Made by a program: the position numbers and the translations under genes. From NCBI GenBank assembly GCA_036172245.1, contig JAYWIR010000009.1, forward strand, positions 248,001-312,000: a stretch of DNA of 64,000 nt, in the 5' to 3' direction. Of this stretch, positions 61,701 through 64,000 are shown piece after piece (the first letter of the stretch is position 1; each line of letters starts with the position of its first letter). The notes beneath the pieces were generated by a model that searched no databases, was not told the DNA's origin, and saw only the letters and a list, made by a program, of their open reading frames with translations. Source of the stretch: Raillietiella orientalis (lineage: Eukaryota).

Positions 61701-64000
61701 TTGGTTTGAGGGCATCGGGGAGCGCCCGAGTGGGACCGCAGGCGACTCAGGAGCCAGAGGGCGGCGGCAGCGGGACGGCTGGCCCCGGTTCCCTGATTGG
61801 CGGTTAAAAAGGAGGAGGAGGAAGAGGTTGCTGCCGATGCGGCGAGTGGATCTGCGTGGCGCAAACGACTGGGTAGCAAATCGCTCTCCCGGATCCTCGT
61901 GAGCTGTGCGCACGTCCCCGGGCGCGCGGAACGCCCTCGGATGTCGGCGCACGCGAAACCGGTAGTTGCGCGGCTCTTTCCCTGCCTCTTCTCAGGAGCA
62001 GGCGAGTGCGCTCGCGTTCCTGGACGCCGGCACCCCGTCGCGGACCTCCAGACGACCAGCCCCCGCGGGGCGGCCATCGAGACTCCACTCTTGCCGGACG
62101 CAGCGCGGGCTGTTATGGAGGCTGCTCCCGGCTCCATACCGGAAGGCCATCCCCAGCCGCACCTCTGGGCGCTGCGGACGGGCGCGAGACCCTGTTCTGA
62201 GTCCGCGTTCCCGGCGGGAAGAGCTCGGCAGTAGCGGAGCGCTCGCCGGGTGGATTCGCGTGCGCCGGAATTTCAATGAGGATGCGGCGGCGCCCGCGAG
62301 GGCACGGCGTCTGCAAGTGGAACGCGCGCAATCCCCCCCCCCCCTCCACCCACCCCCTGTTTTCGCAAGCTGCCTCAGCCCGAGCGTTAATTGCTCATCG
62401 GGACTCGTGCTGGGCACACGTGCGTTCCAGTGCTGCGTTCGGTGTCGGCAAGTCGCGGTGAGTGCACCCTCCTCTTCCCTCCGTCCCGGCCCCTCGCCCC
62501 AGTCCGCAACGGCACCCGTGGAACGGGACGGAGACCCGTCGCGTGGCACGCGCAGCCCGTGGGAGGGAGCCTTCCTCGCGGACGGTTTCCGGGAAACACT
62601 CGTCCCCTCCTTCTCGTGACGGCGGGGTCGCGCTGGTCTTTTTTTCCCCCGTTCCCAGACTGCCTCCGGGTGAGTCCATGGAGAGGAGGGCGTAGGGAGG
62701 ACGGTCGGCGGTTTCCGGCGCAGCCGGCCGCTTCCCGGAGAGCGCCCGCACTCCGTCGCCGCGTGGAAGGGGCGGCGCGCGCCTGAAGCGTTCCACCAGA
62801 CGAAGACCTGGGGGCAGGGAGTGTCGCTCCGCGCAGCGGCGGCGACGTGCGCAGAGGAACGCGGCCGGCACCACCACCACCACCACGTCCCCGCAAGGAG
62901 GTCGAGCGCGCCGGACTCCGCGCCGCCGGGGAGGTTTGCAGCGTCTGCCACGGCGCGAAGGAGGGGTGCTGTCAGGCTGCGCAAGCGCACGCCTTATCTG
63001 CGCATGCGCGACCGGGTTTTCCCTCTTCGGCCGAGTCGTCACGCAGGGGACACCTATAATTAGGCAGGCACAACCTCGTGCCTTTTGTTGTGAAGTGCGC
63101 ATGAGTGGGGTGGGCAAATAGGCCGGAAGGGGGGGAGGGGTGGAATAGCATGCTGTTCTTGGTCCACAGATACAACCTGTAAGTATCGATCGGGTGGTCC
63201 TGCGTTTTTGTCGGGGTTCGACACCCGCCTCGGGAAAGTTTCTCCCCTGCATTTTCTCGCGCAGCCTGAGCTCCACGGGCCCGGGAGGCAGAGGAGGAAG
63301 GGTAGGAAAGCCGTGCCTCCCTGCTTGGACTCCGAAGAGGAAAAAGGGGGAAGGGAGTCGGCGCGCGTGTGGTTTCTTTTCGGGCGCACTTCCCATGCGC
63401 GGTCCGAGCGAGCACGTAACGTCGTCCTGGGAACCGAGAGCGAATTCCAGTCTCCTTGCTATCAGCGCGAGCGTCTGCTGCTACTGTCTCCCCCCTTCCC
63501 ATCCCTATTTTTTCTTTTCCCCTTGTGTGGCACATTCAGCCGTCGTGTTGTTTCCGTTTCCGTGGATGCGGCTTCCGCCACTCGCCGGCCCGGTTTTCGT
63601 GCTGCCTTCTTATCGCGCCGCAACACTGCAGTTGCACTCCCCCAGGAGAGGGAGGAGTTGCGGAAGATTTCGGACCAAACTGCCGCCCAGTGGAATGGCG
63701 CGACGGTGCTACCTCTGTGCTGCTTGCCGTGGCTCCAGCTTGGAGACGCAGGAGCTGTGCCGTCTGGCTGTGTGGCGCCACCTCCGTATCCGCTCGCGCA
63801 GGTTTCCGACTTCCGCCGCTGGTGGTCGATGACAACAGAGGGCGCCATTGTTGTATCCCCACCTCCCTCTTCCCTCCTTCGTGGCACCGCGGCAACTGTT
63901 TTTCACCCCGCGTGTGTCTTTGCAGAGAAAACTGTGAGAGGATGGCCTGCTGCGGAACCATCGAGAAGCTGGAAAGCGGCTTTCGCAAGCTCCAGGAAGC

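Noticed and set aside
60000..64000. Protein-coding gene at the right end of the window
   Set aside because: Only GC-driven ORFs without domains; the GCGCATGCGC at 63000 may mark a promoter, but no exon could be supported.

Overview
GC-rich animal (most likely arthropod) genomic DNA with spliced genes; nothing prokaryotic is evident. Three protein-coding genes can be reconstructed. (1) An odd-skipped orthologue on the minus strand (7514->6111, 2 exons, 373 aa, four C2H2 fingers, C-terminal eh1 motif). (2) About 13 kb upstream on the same strand, a small two-finger drumstick (drm)-like gene (21045->20543, 2 exons, 82 aa) with an intron at the same position. These two form an odd-skipped-family cluster with no visible sob gene between them. 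(3) An intact six-exon cathepsin L-like protease on the plus strand (46948-48518, 339 aa), with an inverted partial copy of its first exon/intron junction just upstream. The rest is a mosaic of heavily decayed transposon relics recognised only by eye from degenerate motifs (several non-LTR retroelements, Penelope-like elements, a Transib/RAG1-type transposase, a Helitron Rep-helicase). These are interspersed with short motif-dense non-coding islands (Forkhead, K50 homeodomain, Su(H), Caudal-type, RFX and NRF1/Ewg-type motifs) that are candidate enhancers of the odd/drm locus. A roughly 250-bp inverted repeat lies upstream of odd, and there is one 3x56-bp tandem repeat. Most long ORFs in the six-frame track are GC-content artefacts.
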